Positions 45,295 through 55,014 of a DNA stretch of 58,898 nt are shown here, piece after piece. Position 1 is the first letter of the stretch. Each line of letters begins with the position of its first letter. Position numbers and translations under genes: made by a program. Under the pieces are notes generated by a model. The model made no database searches. It saw only the letters and a list, made by a program, of their open reading frames with translations, and was not told the origin of the DNA. Origin of the DNA: Kiloniellales bacterium (GTDB lineage Bacteria > Pseudomonadota > Alphaproteobacteria > Kiloniellales > JBOHKJ01); NCBI GenBank assembly GCA_050728975.1, contig JBOHKJ010000288.1, positions 1 to 58,898 on the forward strand. Reading direction: 5' to 3'.

Positions 45295-45603
45295 CTGGCT
45301 CGTCAGGGCCCCTCGCCAGTTCGTCCGGAGATAAGAAGAGATGACGCCCTGGGGGGCCGATCATTCCTGCATCGTCGCAATGGGTCAACGATCTTGCCGC
45401 CAAGCTCGGCGGCCGTCGGTCGACGGAAGGCCGCTTAGGCCCGGGTGTTCGCGCGATGTTCCCTTTGGGGTGGACGCTAGGAGCCGGAGCGCGGCGATGG
45501 AAGCCTCCAGGATTTGGGAGGGGCGAGCGCCTGATCTTTGAGTGAAAATGGGACTCTCGGGAATCTCGTTGCCCTGGGACCGGCGAGCGGGAGGTCAGCT
45601 GCG

Positions 45604-45963
45604 ATGGCGCGAATCCTTCTGATGGACGATGACGATCTGGTCAGCGCGACCATCAAGGATGCGCTGGTTGCGGCAGGTCACGACGTTGCGAGCGTACCCA
45701 ACGGGCGCTCAGGGCTCGACCGCTTGGCGGCCATCGACTTCGACTTGATCGTCATCGACCTCGTGATGCCGGAAGTGGACGGCATCGAAGCGATCCGGCA
45801 GATCAGAGCGCGCGACCGAGCGACGCCGATCATAGCCATCTCAGGCAGCAGCGGAGCGGAAATCTATCTGAGTGCCGCGCAGGCGCTCGGCGCAACGACG
45901 ATACTCAGGAAGCCTTTCGCCAATGACCGGCTCGTCCGGGAGATTGCGAGCGCATTGGATTAG
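45604..45963 (+). CDS. Orphan single-domain response regulator (receiver only)
   Basis: ATG 45604 with a GGGAGG SD. ILLMDDDD...DLIVIDLVMPEVDGIEAIRQIR...PIIAISG...LRKPF. Confidence 0.85.
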   Translation: MARILLMDDDDLVSATIKDALVAAGHDVASVPNGRSGLDRLAAIDFDLIVIDLVMPEVDGIEAIRQIRARDRATPIIAISGSSGAEIYLSAAQALGATTILRKPFANDRLVREIASALD

Positions 45964-46140
45964 GGCCCACGCGCACCGGTCACCACGACAGTATAGTCGA
46001 TCGAACAGCCAGGGCGGCGGAACCACCGCCACCACAAGGTGACCGCGCACCTTAACGAGGCCGGCACCTGGATGAAGGAGATCACCGCCGATGTCGAGGC
46101 CCGGCACGGCTGGGCGTAGCTCGCCGAGCTGACGGGCGGT

Positions 46141-46170
46141 GCCTTGTCGGGCGTTGCCTTGTCGGGCGTT
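46141..46170. repeat. Perfect 15-bp tandem direct repeat (GCCTTGTCGGGCGTT x2)
   Basis: Read directly at 46141-46155 and 46156-46170, inside a 386-bp non-coding gap. Confidence 0.9.
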
Positions 46171-46349
46171 ATTGTCGCTGCTTCCCTGTCCGTTCGCGGG
46201 ACGCGGAGGTAAGTGCCCTGCAGCGGATGCTGCCGCCCTTCGCTCTCCTGCAATTCTGCGCCGATTCAACGGCTTGCTATGCCCAACCGATCGCCCGATG
46301 GGCCTAGGTGGCCTTCTGCCTGCCTAGAGGGCACGCCAAGGCTTCACAA

Positions 46350-47600
46350 ATGTCGGCTCAAGCACCGATAATTCCGGACGGCACCGGCCGGACCATCGAA
46401 TTGCGACCGGGGCGGGCCGGAAAACAAGAGAGGACCAGAGCGACACCTATGCCTGTCATCGTCGAGACGCTGAACGGCGAGAACGGCCTGGCGATCCGCT
46501 GGCGCGGTCGCGGCGAGACGCTTTTCCCCTGGTTCTGGCTGCGCGACCACGGCGAGGACGAGGCCAGCCTCGACCCCGGCACGCTGCAGCGCCGAGTCGA
46601 CACTTTTGCGATTCCCGAGGGCGTTTGCGGCACCGCGGCCGCTATCCTCGACAATGGACGCGCGCTCGAGGTCACCTGGTCGGACGGCGGTCCGCCGAGC
46701 CGCTATAGTGCCGGCTTCCTCGCCCGCATGGCCGGACACGAGCCCGGCGAGAACAGGCTCCTGTCCCAAGGCGCGCGATGCCTGTGGTCGGCCCGCGCGC
46801 CGATCGAGGCGCCGCCGCCGCTCGCCGCCGCCGACGTTATAGAGACGCCAGAGGGCCTCAGTGCCTGTCTCGAGCGAATCCATCGGTTGGGCTTCGCCGT
46901 CGTCGCCGGCGTGCCGAGCGACGAGGCCGCGGGGCGGCGGCTTTTTACCCGCCTTGGTTATGTGCGCGAAACCATTTTCGGCGGCTTCTGGACTCTGTCG
47001 GCCGAAGTCAAGGACCACGGCGACACCGCCTATACGACCCAATATCTCGAACCCCACACCGACGCCACCTACAGTCACGACGCGCCAGGCCTTCAGTCCT
47101 TCCTCTGTCTGCAGTTCGATGGCGAGGGCGGCGAGTCGATCCTGGTCGATGGCCTCGCGCTTGCCGAGGAGATGCGTGCCGAGCGCCCGGAGCTGTTTCG
47201 GGTGCTGAGCGAGACCTCGGTGCCCGGCCGCTACCTCGAGCCGGGCGTTCATCTGCGCGCCGAGCGGCCGGCAATCCGACTCGACGCCAAAGGCGCGGTA
47301 GAGCAGGTGAGCTTCAACAATTACGATCGCGCGCCCTTCATCCTGCCGCTTGAAAAGATGACGGCCTTTTACAAAGCCTATGGCGATCTTCACCGGCGGA
47401 TCGTCGAACGCGCCAACTGGCTCACCGTTCCACTGCGACCCGGCATGGCACTCATTTTCGACAATTGGCGACTCCTGCATGGGCGGATGGCCTATGTGGG
47501 CAAACGTGTCTTCTGCGGCTGCTATCACAACCGCGAGGACTTCGAAAGCGCACTCCGCACCCACGGAGCGACGCAAACAGCAGGGAGAGATCAGGTATGA
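46350..47600 (+). CDS. Gamma-butyrobetaine hydroxylase-like Fe(II)/2-oxoglutarate dioxygenase (DUF971 + TauD fold)
   Basis: N-terminal domain LAIRWRGRGETLFPWFWLRDH. HTDATY...(HxD facial triad)...ALIFDNWRLLHGR. The start is uncertain (46308, 46350 or later). Confidence 0.8.
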   Translation: MSAQAPIIPDGTGRTIELRPGRAGKQERTRATPMPVIVETLNGENGLAIRWRGRGETLFPWFWLRDHGEDEASLDPGTLQRRVDTFAIPEGVCGTAAAILDNGRALEVTWSDGGPPSRYSAGFLARMAGHEPGENRLLSQGARCLWSARAPIEAPPPLAAADVIETPEGLSACLERIHRLGFAVVAGVPSDEAAGRRLFTRLGYVRETIFGGFWTLSAEVKDHGDTAYTTQYLEPHTDATYSHDAPGLQSFLCLQFDGEGGESILVDGLALAEEMRAERPELFRVLSETSVPGRYLEPGVHLRAERPAIRLDAKGAVEQVSFNNYDRAPFILPLEKMTAFYKAYGDLHRRIVERANWLTVPLRPGMALIFDNWRLLHGRMAYVGKRVFCGCYHNREDFESALRTHGATQTAGRDQV

Positions 47601-48427
47601 AAGACCTAGTAAGACTCTCGACCGCGGCCTTGCTGGCCGCGGCGATCGCCGCTCCGGCCGCGCTGGCCGGCGAGACACTTGACCGTGTGACGTCGACCAA
47701 GACGCTCACCATGTCCTCGGATCCGGAGTATCCGCCGCAGTCGTTCCTCAATAGCAACAACGAGATGGACGGCTTCGACGTCGACGTCGGCAAGGAGATC
47801 GCCAAGCGCATGGGCGTCGAGCTGAAGATCGTTACCCCCTCATGGGACATCATCACCGGCGGCAGCTGGGGCGGACGTTGGGATATGTCGGTCGGCTCGA
47901 TGACTCCGACCAAGAAGCGCGCTGAAGTGCTCGACTTCCCGGCCGTGTATTATTACACGCCGGCCTCCTTCGCTGTGCACGAGGATTCGAAAATCGACAG
48001 CCTCGACGATCTCAACGGCAAGGTGATCGGTACCTGCGGCGGCTGCACCTACCATTCCTACCTTTTGAAGGACCTCGAGATCGACGCCGAAGGCGCGCCG
48101 CCCTTCGAATATCAGGTGACGGCCAAGGAGATCAAAACCTACGAGACCGACACCCATGCCTTCGACGACCTCCGGCTTGGCGACGGCGTGCGCCTCGATG
48201 CGGTATTCTCGGCGCTGCCGACCATTAAGGAAGCGATCGAAAGCGGATATCCCATGAAGGTGGTCGGAAAGCCGGCGTTCTACGAGCCGCTCTCGGTCGC
48301 GACCGACAAGGGCGATCCCGAGTTCGACGCCAAGATCGCCGACATCGTCAGCGCCATGAAGGCCGACGGCACGCTGACCGAGCTGTCCGAAAAGTGGTAC
48401 GGCGTCGACCTCACCAGCGTCGAGTAG
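47597..48427 (+). CDS. Amino-acid ABC transporter substrate-binding protein (family 3)
   Basis: ATGA overlap with the dioxygenase gene. Signal peptide. LTMSSDPEYPPQSF...GFDVDVGKEIAKRMGVEL. Confidence 0.9.
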   Translation: MKDLVRLSTAALLAAAIAAPAALAGETLDRVTSTKTLTMSSDPEYPPQSFLNSNNEMDGFDVDVGKEIAKRMGVELKIVTPSWDIITGGSWGGRWDMSVGSMTPTKKRAEVLDFPAVYYYTPASFAVHEDSKIDSLDDLNGKVIGTCGGCTYHSYLLKDLEIDAEGAPPFEYQVTAKEIKTYETDTHAFDDLRLGDGVRLDAVFSALPTIKEAIESGYPMKVVGKPAFYEPLSVATDKGDPEFDAKIADIVSAMKADGTLTELSEKWYGVDLTSVE

Positions 48428-48440
48428 GGAGGCCGTAGCG

Positions 48441-49427
48441 ATGATGGACTACGCCCGCGAGCGCCCCTGGGCCTCGCGGGCGATTGTCTTCCTGCTGGTG
48501 GCGGTTGCGCTGGCCGTCATGCAGCTCGGAGGAACCGCGGCAGGCAATCTCTTCGCGCCGTTGATCGGCCTTGCCGACCCAAATCAGAGTTCCGGCCTCG
48601 GCCGCGACCTCCTGGTGGCGGCGTTGTTGGCCGGAGTCTTCGTTGCCAACCTGGAGCTCATAAGGCTCTTGCCGTTCACGGTTCAGATCGGCGTGATCTG
48701 GGCGGAGCTGCTGGCGATCTTCTTCATTTTCGTGCGCAGCTTCGACCGCGACTTTGGCGTTCTTTTTGAAACCAGCGATTCGGGCGTCACAAACCTTGCA
48801 TTCCTGATCACTACCGGCGCCTTCACGACACTCTACATATCGTTGATGTCGATCGCGATCGCCTGCTTGTTGGCGCTGCTGGGCGCGCTCGCCAGGTTGT
48901 CGACCAACTCCATGGCCTTCGCCATCTCCACCTTCTACGTTTCTTTCTTCCGCGGCACGCCGCTGCTGCTCCAGGTAGTGCTGATCTATACCGGCTTGGC
49001 GCAACTCGGATTCATCATCGAGGCGGTGCCAGCGGGCATTACCGCACTGTCGCTCTGCTATGGCGCCTACATGGCCGAGATCTTCCGCGCCGGCATCCTG
49101 GGTGTGCCTAGCGGCCAGCGAGAAGCGGCCAAGGCGTTGGCGCTCAAGCCTGGCATCACTTTCCGCAAGATCATTTTCCCCCAGGCCATGCGCCTCATCG
49201 TGCCGCCGACCGGCAATCAGTACATCGCGATGCTGAAGGACTCCTCACTGGTCTCCGTGGTGGGAGTCTGGGAGCTCACCAAGACCGCCCAGGTCCTCGG
49301 CAAGCGCGACTTCCGGGTCTTCGAGTTTCTGATCGCCGCCGCGGTCGTCTACTGGATCATGTCTTTTGTCTTCGAGCTGATCCAGGCCCGGATCGAAAAG
49401 CATTACGGCAAGAGCGACCGCCGCTGA
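48441..49427 (+). CDS. Amino-acid ABC transporter permease (HisM/GlnP family) with an extended N-terminus
   Basis: FRGTPLLLQVVLIY...YGAYMAEIFRAGILGVPSGQREAAKALAL...PPTGNQYIAMLKDSSLVSV. Confidence 0.85.
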   Translation: MMDYARERPWASRAIVFLLVAVALAVMQLGGTAAGNLFAPLIGLADPNQSSGLGRDLLVAALLAGVFVANLELIRLLPFTVQIGVIWAELLAIFFIFVRSFDRDFGVLFETSDSGVTNLAFLITTGAFTTLYISLMSIAIACLLALLGALARLSTNSMAFAISTFYVSFFRGTPLLLQVVLIYTGLAQLGFIIEAVPAGITALSLCYGAYMAEIFRAGILGVPSGQREAAKALALKPGITFRKIIFPQAMRLIVPPTGNQYIAMLKDSSLVSVVGVWELTKTAQVLGKRDFRVFEFLIAAAVVYWIMSFVFELIQARIEKHYGKSDRR

Positions 49428-49504
49428 GCGGGCCTGGATTGCGGCGGGCGGGATGCCCACATCGATCGCATGCCCTCCTAGGTAGTTTGCCGGAGAGACA
49501 GCCC

Positions 49505-49747
49505 ATGAAGAGATGGATCGTAATTTTCGCAGGCGCTTGCGGCGGCCTGGTGGCGCTGGCGCTTCTGGCGATCTTGGCCTTCGCCGGCTTCGAGGACTCT
49601 GAGCTTGGATTCCACGGCACGCTCGCCCTCCTGCTAGGGGTGCTGCTGTCGGCGGTTATGGCCATCGGATTGATGGCGCTGATCTTCTACAGCAACCGCA
49701 GTCGAATCGACGAAGAGGTCCATCGCGCCGATCTGCCTCCCGAGTAG
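49505..49747 (+). CDS. Small two-helix membrane protein, hypothetical
   Basis: MKRWIVIFAGACGGLVALALLAILAFAG...LALLLGVLLSAVMAIGLMALIFY. Uses the internal ATG of ORF 49439..49747. Confidence 0.5.
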   Translation: MKRWIVIFAGACGGLVALALLAILAFAGFEDSELGFHGTLALLLGVLLSAVMAIGLMALIFYSNRSRIDEEVHRADLPPE

Positions 49748-49873
49748 CAGCGCTCGAAGGCTTCGGGCGTTGCCCGGCGGCACGCGAAGGGCGACAATGC
49801 AGCTCTTGGCGACGCGCCGACCGTATGGGGCGGTCATTCGTCGTCGTTTCCAATAGATTTCTGGAGATTTGCG

Positions 49874-50341
49874 ATGAAGGGCGACAAGGGCGTTATCGAT
49901 CACCTCAACAGCGTGCTCAAGAATGAGCTGACGGCGATCAACCAGTACTTCCTTCACGCGCGGATGCTGAAGAACTGGGGTCTCGGCAAGCTCGGCCAGC
50001 ACGAGTACGAGGAATCGCTCGACGAGATGAAGCATGCCGACAAGCTGATCGAGCGGATTCTCTTTCTAGAGGGCCTGCCGAATCTTCAGGACCTCGGTAA
50101 GCTGCTGATCGGCGAGGACGCCAAGGAGCTTCTGGAGTGCGACCTCAAGCTCGAAATGGCCGCCATGCCGAAGCTGCGGACCGCGATCGCGCATTGCGAG
50201 AAGGTCAGCGACTACGTCAGCCGCGAGCTTTTCGAGGACATTCTGGAATCGGAGGAAGAGCATGTCGATTGGCTGGAGACCAATCTCGAGCTGATCGAGA
50301 AGATGGGTCTCCAGAACTACATCCAGTCCCAGACCGGCTGA
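49874..50341 (+). CDS. bfr: Bacterioferritin
   Basis: [31 protein letters not shown]...[22 protein letters not shown]...EEEHVDWLE is the canonical Bfr sequence pattern. Confidence 0.95.
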   Translation: MKGDKGVIDHLNSVLKNELTAINQYFLHARMLKNWGLGKLGQHEYEESLDEMKHADKLIERILFLEGLPNLQDLGKLLIGEDAKELLECDLKLEMAAMPKLRTAIAHCEKVSDYVSRELFEDILESEEEHVDWLETNLELIEKMGLQNYIQSQTG

Positions 50342-50536
50342 TCCGCTTTAGGGTCGAAGGTCGTTCCCGGCTGCGACGATAGGATGTCCGCCGCTCTCGG
50401 TCGGACGCCGCTCACTGCCTGATGCCGCTCCCGCGCGCTCGCCGCGCTTCCTGGCTTGCAGCAGGCCAGCAAGGGCCTGGAGGATCGTCTTCGCGCGCAG
50501 CTGCTGCCAGATCATCATGGGGCGCGACGCCTCCGG

Positions 50537-50770
50537 TTACTCGGCAGCCAGTGCCGGCCGTGCGCCGACGAGTGCCGCCAGCTCGTTGCGCGCCGTCGCC
50601 CTGTCGCTGCGGCGCGCCTGGTCGATCACCTGCTGGGCGACCGGCAGGCAGCGGCCGCAGTTTGGCCCCTGCCCCAGGTGCTTGTACGCCTGGACCGCGC
50701 AGGCGATGCCGTCGCGCGCCAGTTCGCGCAGCTCCGAATCCCGATAGCCGTTACAGATGCACACATACAA
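50537..50770 (-). CDS. bfd: Bacterioferritin-associated ferredoxin ([2Fe-2S], BFD-like)
   Basis: MYVCICNG...GQGPNCGRC provides the four Cys of the Bfd fold. Confidence 0.85.
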   Translation of the reverse strand: MYVCICNGYRDSELRELARDGIACAVQAYKHLGQGPNCGRCLPVAQQVIDQARRSDRATARNELAALVGARPALAAE

Positions 50771-50867
50771 AGGGGTCGCTCCTGTTGGGCGCCGCCGCAG
50801 CTCTTCTGAGTTGTTGGGCGGGACCCCTCGACAAAACTATCCCAGCGCTCCTAACAATCAATGAAAG

Positions 50868-50882
50868 TGATAATCATTATCA
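50868..50882. promoter_or_regulatory. Fur box (perfect 7-1-7 TGATAAT-C-ATTATCA)
   Basis: TGATAATCATTATCA read directly. The 13-nt core GATAATCATTATC equals the 3' part of the classical 19-bp Fur consensus. It sits between divergent bfd and the imelysin operon. Confidence 0.6.
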
Positions 50883-50986
50883 TTGTCAAGCGATCTCTCA
50901 TGGCCTAAAGATCGACCAGAGGACGCCCGGGGAAACGGGCTGCTTACTGCCAGGACAACGCTAAGGGAGCAACAGGAGACAAGGCG

Positions 50987-52300
50987 ATGATGGAACAAAA
51001 AATCGAGGGGAATCAGGCTGGTAGTAGAGGCCGACAGCTTCTCTGCGGGGCCGTGCTTGGCGTGGCCCTGGCTGTTGGGCTGGCCCCTGCCGAGGCAGCG
51101 ACCGACAAGCGCGCGGTACTGGACACCTACGCAGATATCGCCCAGGCGACCTATGAGGACGCCCTGGCGACCGCCAAGAGCCTCCAGCAGGCGATCGCAG
51201 CACTGGGCATGCAACCCTCCGAGGCCACCTTGAAGGCGGCACGCGCGGCTTGGCTGAAAGCCCGCGATCCCTACATGCAGAGCGAGGCCTTCCGCTTCGG
51301 CAATCCGGTGGTCGACGACTGGGAGGGCAAGGTCAACGCCTGGCCGCTTGACGAGGGCCTGATCGACTACGTCGCCGCCTCCTATGGCGAGGCCTCGGAC
51401 GGGAACCTCTATTACACCGCCAACGTGATCGCCAATCCCAAGCTCGAGCTAGGCGCGGAGACGATCGATGCCTCGACGATCACGCCGGCCCTGCTGGAGA
51501 CGCTGCAGGAAGCCGGCGGCGTGGAGGCCAACGTCGCTACCGGCTATCACGCGATCGAGTTCCTGCTCTGGGGCCAGGACCTGAACGGCACCGGTCCCGG
51601 CGCCGGCGCACGTCCCGCCAGCGACTTTGCCTCAGGTGCCGCCTGCACCAACGGCAACTGCGCGCGCCGTGTCGAGTACCTGAAGGCGGCAAGCCAGCTC
51701 CTCATCGACGATCTCACCTGGATTGTCGCCGAGTGGGCACCAGGCGGCGAGGCCCGCGACACGTTGCTGAAAGGCGATGCGGACGCCGGTATCGCCGCAA
51801 TGTTGACCGGTCTCGGTAGTCTCTCCTATGGCGAACTGGCCGGCGAGCGCATGAAGCTCGGCTTGCTGCTCCACGATCCTGAGGAGGAGCACGACTGCTT
51901 CTCCGACAACACCCATAACTCGCACTACTACGATGTAGTCGGCATGATGAATGTCTTTAACGGCCAATTCGTCAGACTCGATGGAAGTAAGGTGAGCGGC
52001 CCCTCGCTGTCCGATCTGCTGGCTGAGAAGGACGCTGCAGTGGAGCGCGAGCTCGGCAGCCGGCTCGAGGCGACCGAACAGGGTATGCTGGCGATCAAGC
52101 GTCGCGCCGAGGGTGGCGAGTCCTACGACCAGATGATCGGACCGGACAATCCCGAAGGTAACGCGGTGGTCCAGGCGGCGATCGTTGCGCTCACCGCGCA
52201 GACCAAGGCCATCGAGGCGGCGGTTGCAGTGCTCGCCCTGGAGCCGATCGCCTTCGAAGGATCCGACAGTCTCGACAACCCCGAAGCCGTGTTTCAATAG
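50987..52300 (+). CDS. Imelysin family (peptidase M75 / IrpA-like) periplasmic protein
   Basis: Signal peptide. VLDTYADIAQATYEDA...GYHAIEFLLWGQD (HxxE). Confidence 0.85.
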   Translation: MMEQKIEGNQAGSRGRQLLCGAVLGVALAVGLAPAEAATDKRAVLDTYADIAQATYEDALATAKSLQQAIAALGMQPSEATLKAARAAWLKARDPYMQSEAFRFGNPVVDDWEGKVNAWPLDEGLIDYVAASYGEASDGNLYYTANVIANPKLELGAETIDASTITPALLETLQEAGGVEANVATGYHAIEFLLWGQDLNGTGPGAGARPASDFASGAACTNGNCARRVEYLKAASQLLIDDLTWIVAEWAPGGEARDTLLKGDADAGIAAMLTGLGSLSYGELAGERMKLGLLLHDPEEEHDCFSDNTHNSHYYDVVGMMNVFNGQFVRLDGSKVSGPSLSDLLAEKDAAVERELGSRLEATEQGMLAIKRRAEGGESYDQMIGPDNPEGNAVVQAAIVALTAQTKAIEAAVAVLALEPIAFEGSDSLDNPEAVFQ

Positions 52301-52356
52301 ACCCTGGGTGCAGGGGGCCGGCGCGGGGGACGCATCGGCCTCTGACCCGGCTCCAA

Positions 52357-53886
52357 ATGTCGATTGGCTGCATGACTGAAGGATACCTTCGCACCACGAT
52401 AGGGGTCCTCGCCCTGTCGCTCGCAGGGGCAATGCTTCCGGCAGTGTTGGCCGCCGCCAAGATGGATGACGACGAGCGGGCGCGTGTCGAAGCCGTTGTC
52501 CGCCCGACAGACGACTTCTCGAAGCCCGAGAGATACGAGCAGTGGCCTGCCGGTGCGGCGACCGTCTTCGGGCCGCCCAACCGCGACGCCTTCTCGCGGC
52601 CTTCGGGCAACATGAGCTTCGAGCGCGAGCTCGAATTCAAGGTCGGCAACGGCATATTCAGGAAGCTCTGGGTTTCGGCGCCCTCCTCGACCAGCTCCTC
52701 CGATGGCCTCGGGCCGCTGTTCAATGCGCGGGCCTGCCAGAGTTGCCATCTGAAGGACGGGCGCGGCAGCCCGCCGGCAGCGGGCGAGGCGGCGGTCTCA
52801 CTGTTCCTGCGTCTATCCATCCCGCCGCAATCCGACGAGCAGCGCGTGGCGCTCGCCGAACACCGCATCGCCGTGGTGCCGGAGCCGACCTACGGCACGC
52901 AGTTTCAAAACTTTTCGATCCAGGGAATTCCCGCCGAGGGCGAAATGGCGATCGAATACCAGGAGCTGCCGGTTGTGCTCGCCGATGGCGAGGGTGTCTC
53001 GCTGCGCGAGCCGCGCTATGCGGCCAGCGGCCTCAACTATGGGCCGCTTCATCCGGATACCATGCTGTCGCCGCGCGTGGCGCCTCCGATGATCGGCGCC
53101 GGCCTGCTGGAGGCGATCGCCGAGGGCGATATCCTGGCCCAGGCCGACCCCGAGGATCGCGACGGCGACGGCATCTCGGGCCGGCCAAACCTGGTCTGGA
53201 GCGACGAGAAGGACGCGGTTGTGCTCGGTCGCTTCGGCTGGAAGGCTGGCCAGCCGAGCGTCGCGCAGCAGGCGGCCGCAGCCTTCGCCGGCGACATCGG
53301 CATCTCGACACCGCTCTATCGCAAGGCTAGCGGCGACTGCACCGCGGCTGAAACCGAGTGCCTTGCCGCGATTGACGGCGGCGCTTCGGCCGAGGACACG
53401 ATAGAGGTGACGCAAGACCTGTTCGATCTGGTGGTCTTCTACAGCCGCAATCTCGGCGTTCCGGCACGCCGCGCTCTCGATGTGCCACAGGTGCTCGACG
53501 GCAAGCGCCTCTTCTATGCTTCCGGCTGCACCGGCTGTCATCGGCCGAAATTCGTGACCGCGCGCGACCCCACACGGCCGGAGCAGTCGTTCCAGCTCAT
53601 CTGGCCCTACACCGACCTGCTGCTGCACGAATTGGGCGCGGCGCTGGCCGACCATCGCTCCGAGGGCGTCGCGACTGGCAGGGAATGGCGCACACCGCCG
53701 CTGTGGGGCATTGGCCTCACCGAGACGGTGAGCGGGCACACTTTCTTTCTGCACGATGGGCGGGCGCGCAACTTGTTGGAAGCGATCCTCTGGCACGGCG
53801 GCGAAGCCCAAGCGGCGCGTGATCGTGTGGCGGCGATGACCGGGTCCGAGCGCGAAGCGTTGCTGGCGTTCCTCAATTCTCTGTAG
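52357..53886 (+). CDS. Di-haem cytochrome c oxidoreductase (DUF1111 family)
   Basis: Two CxxCH motifs (CQSCH, CTGCH). NGIFRKLW...LGPLFNARAC... is the typical DUF1111 layout. Confidence 0.85.
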   Translation: MSIGCMTEGYLRTTIGVLALSLAGAMLPAVLAAAKMDDDERARVEAVVRPTDDFSKPERYEQWPAGAATVFGPPNRDAFSRPSGNMSFERELEFKVGNGIFRKLWVSAPSSTSSSDGLGPLFNARACQSCHLKDGRGSPPAAGEAAVSLFLRLSIPPQSDEQRVALAEHRIAVVPEPTYGTQFQNFSIQGIPAEGEMAIEYQELPVVLADGEGVSLREPRYAASGLNYGPLHPDTMLSPRVAPPMIGAGLLEAIAEGDILAQADPEDRDGDGISGRPNLVWSDEKDAVVLGRFGWKAGQPSVAQQAAAAFAGDIGISTPLYRKASGDCTAAETECLAAIDGGASAEDTIEVTQDLFDLVVFYSRNLGVPARRALDVPQVLDGKRLFYASGCTGCHRPKFVTARDPTRPEQSFQLIWPYTDLLLHELGAALADHRSEGVATGREWRTPPLWGIGLTETVSGHTFFLHDGRARNLLEAILWHGGEAQAARDRVAAMTGSEREALLAFLNSL

Positions 53887-53898
53887 CGGGGCGGCAGC

Positions 53899-55014
53899 AT
53901 GGCTTCTTTTCGAACCACGATGATCGCCCTGGCGCTCGCAGTTGCGTTTGCGGCTGTGGCGTCCGGCCAGGACAAGATTCCGGCCGAGGCCTATCGGCAC
54001 GTCAACGAGGCGCTGGTCGCGAACCACGTCGTGCCGCGCTACCAGGCGCTCGCTGCCGCAACAGGGGCGCTGGAGACGGCGGCCGACTCATTCTGCGCCG
54101 CGCCCGAAAAGGCAAAGCTCGAGGGCCTGCGCGCGCGTTTCCACGAGACCATGGACGCCTGGATGGCAGTCCAGCATCTGCGTTTCGGCCCGGTCGAGCT
54201 CTTCATGCGCGCCCAACGCCTCTATTTCTGGCCCGAGGCGCGCGGCAGGATCGAGGACGCGGTGCGCCAGATCGTCGCCGCGGCAGACAGCACGGCGCTT
54301 TCGCCGGACCAGTTCCGCCGCGCCAGCGTTGCCGCGCAAGGCCTGCCGGCGATCGAGGTGCTGCTCTACGGCGAGGGCGGCGGCCTTCTGCTCGCACCGG
54401 GCACTGGAGGGTTCCGCTGCCGTCTGCTGGAAGCGGCAAGCGCCAACGTCCATTCCATGGCGGCGGAGATCGTCGAGGGTTGGCGCGGCGGCGAGCTCGA
54501 CTACGCGGCCAAGGTCATCGAACCGGGAGAGACCAACCTCTATTACCGCACCGCGCGCGAGGCAACGCTCGACCTTTTCAAAAGCCTGCACAACGGCCTG
54601 CAGCTGATCGCCGACGTGAAGCTCCTGCAGGTCGTCGGTTCGTCGAAAGAGGCTGCGCAACCGCGCAATGCCGAATCGTCGCTGTCGGGCCGCGCGCTCC
54701 GGAACATTGCGATCAATCTGAAGGCCCTGCAGGCGCTCTATCTCGGCGAGGGCGGGGTGGGCCTCGGCGACCTGGCACGCGAGCAGGGCAGCGATCCGGA
54801 GCTCGACCCGCTGCTGCGTCGCGCATTCGATATCACGATCGCAACCGCGCGCTCGATTCCAGGCGAGCTCGGCGCGGCGGTGGTCGATCCCGAGCGGCGA
54901 CCGAGTGTCGAAAAGCTCTCGACCCAGGTTCTGGCCTTGAAGCAGATCGTCAAGACGCGGCTTTCGGCCGTACTCGACCTTTCGGTAGGATTCAATGCAC
55001 TCGACGGAGATTGA
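53899..55014 (+). CDS. Imelysin-like protein (second copy)
   Basis: Signal peptide plus a helical imelysin-like fold. Sits in the conserved position after DUF1111. Confidence 0.75.
   Translation: MASFRTTMIALALAVAFAAVASGQDKIPAEAYRHVNEALVANHVVPRYQALAAATGALETAADSFCAAPEKAKLEGLRARFHETMDAWMAVQHLRFGPVELFMRAQRLYFWPEARGRIEDAVRQIVAAADSTALSPDQFRRASVAAQGLPAIEVLLYGEGGGLLLAPGTGGFRCRLLEAASANVHSMAAEIVEGWRGGELDYAAKVIEPGETNLYYRTAREATLDLFKSLHNGLQLIADVKLLQVVGSSKEAAQPRNAESSLSGRALRNIAINLKALQALYLGEGGVGLGDLAREQGSDPELDPLLRRAFDITIATARSIPGELGAAVVDPERRPSVEKLSTQVLALKQIVKTRLSAVLDLSVGFNALDGD

Noticed and set aside
45964-46130. Short open frame ending ...HLNEAGTWMKEITADVEARHGWA*
   Set aside because: The frame is under 40 codons, bounded by an upstream in-frame stop (TAG), with no SD and no recognisable similarity.
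49847-49865. Irr/ICE-like iron control element upstream of bfr (TTTCCAATAGATTTCTGGA)
   Set aside because: Only partial half-site matches to TTTAGAA-N3-TTCTAAA, and the spacing is wrong. Too weak to call.
50348-50518. 56-codon minus-strand ORF downstream of bfd (MMIWQQLRAKTILQALAGLL...)
   Set aside because: No SD, no recognisable family and only a moderate third-position GC bias. It fills a convergent intergenic gap and is probably non-coding.
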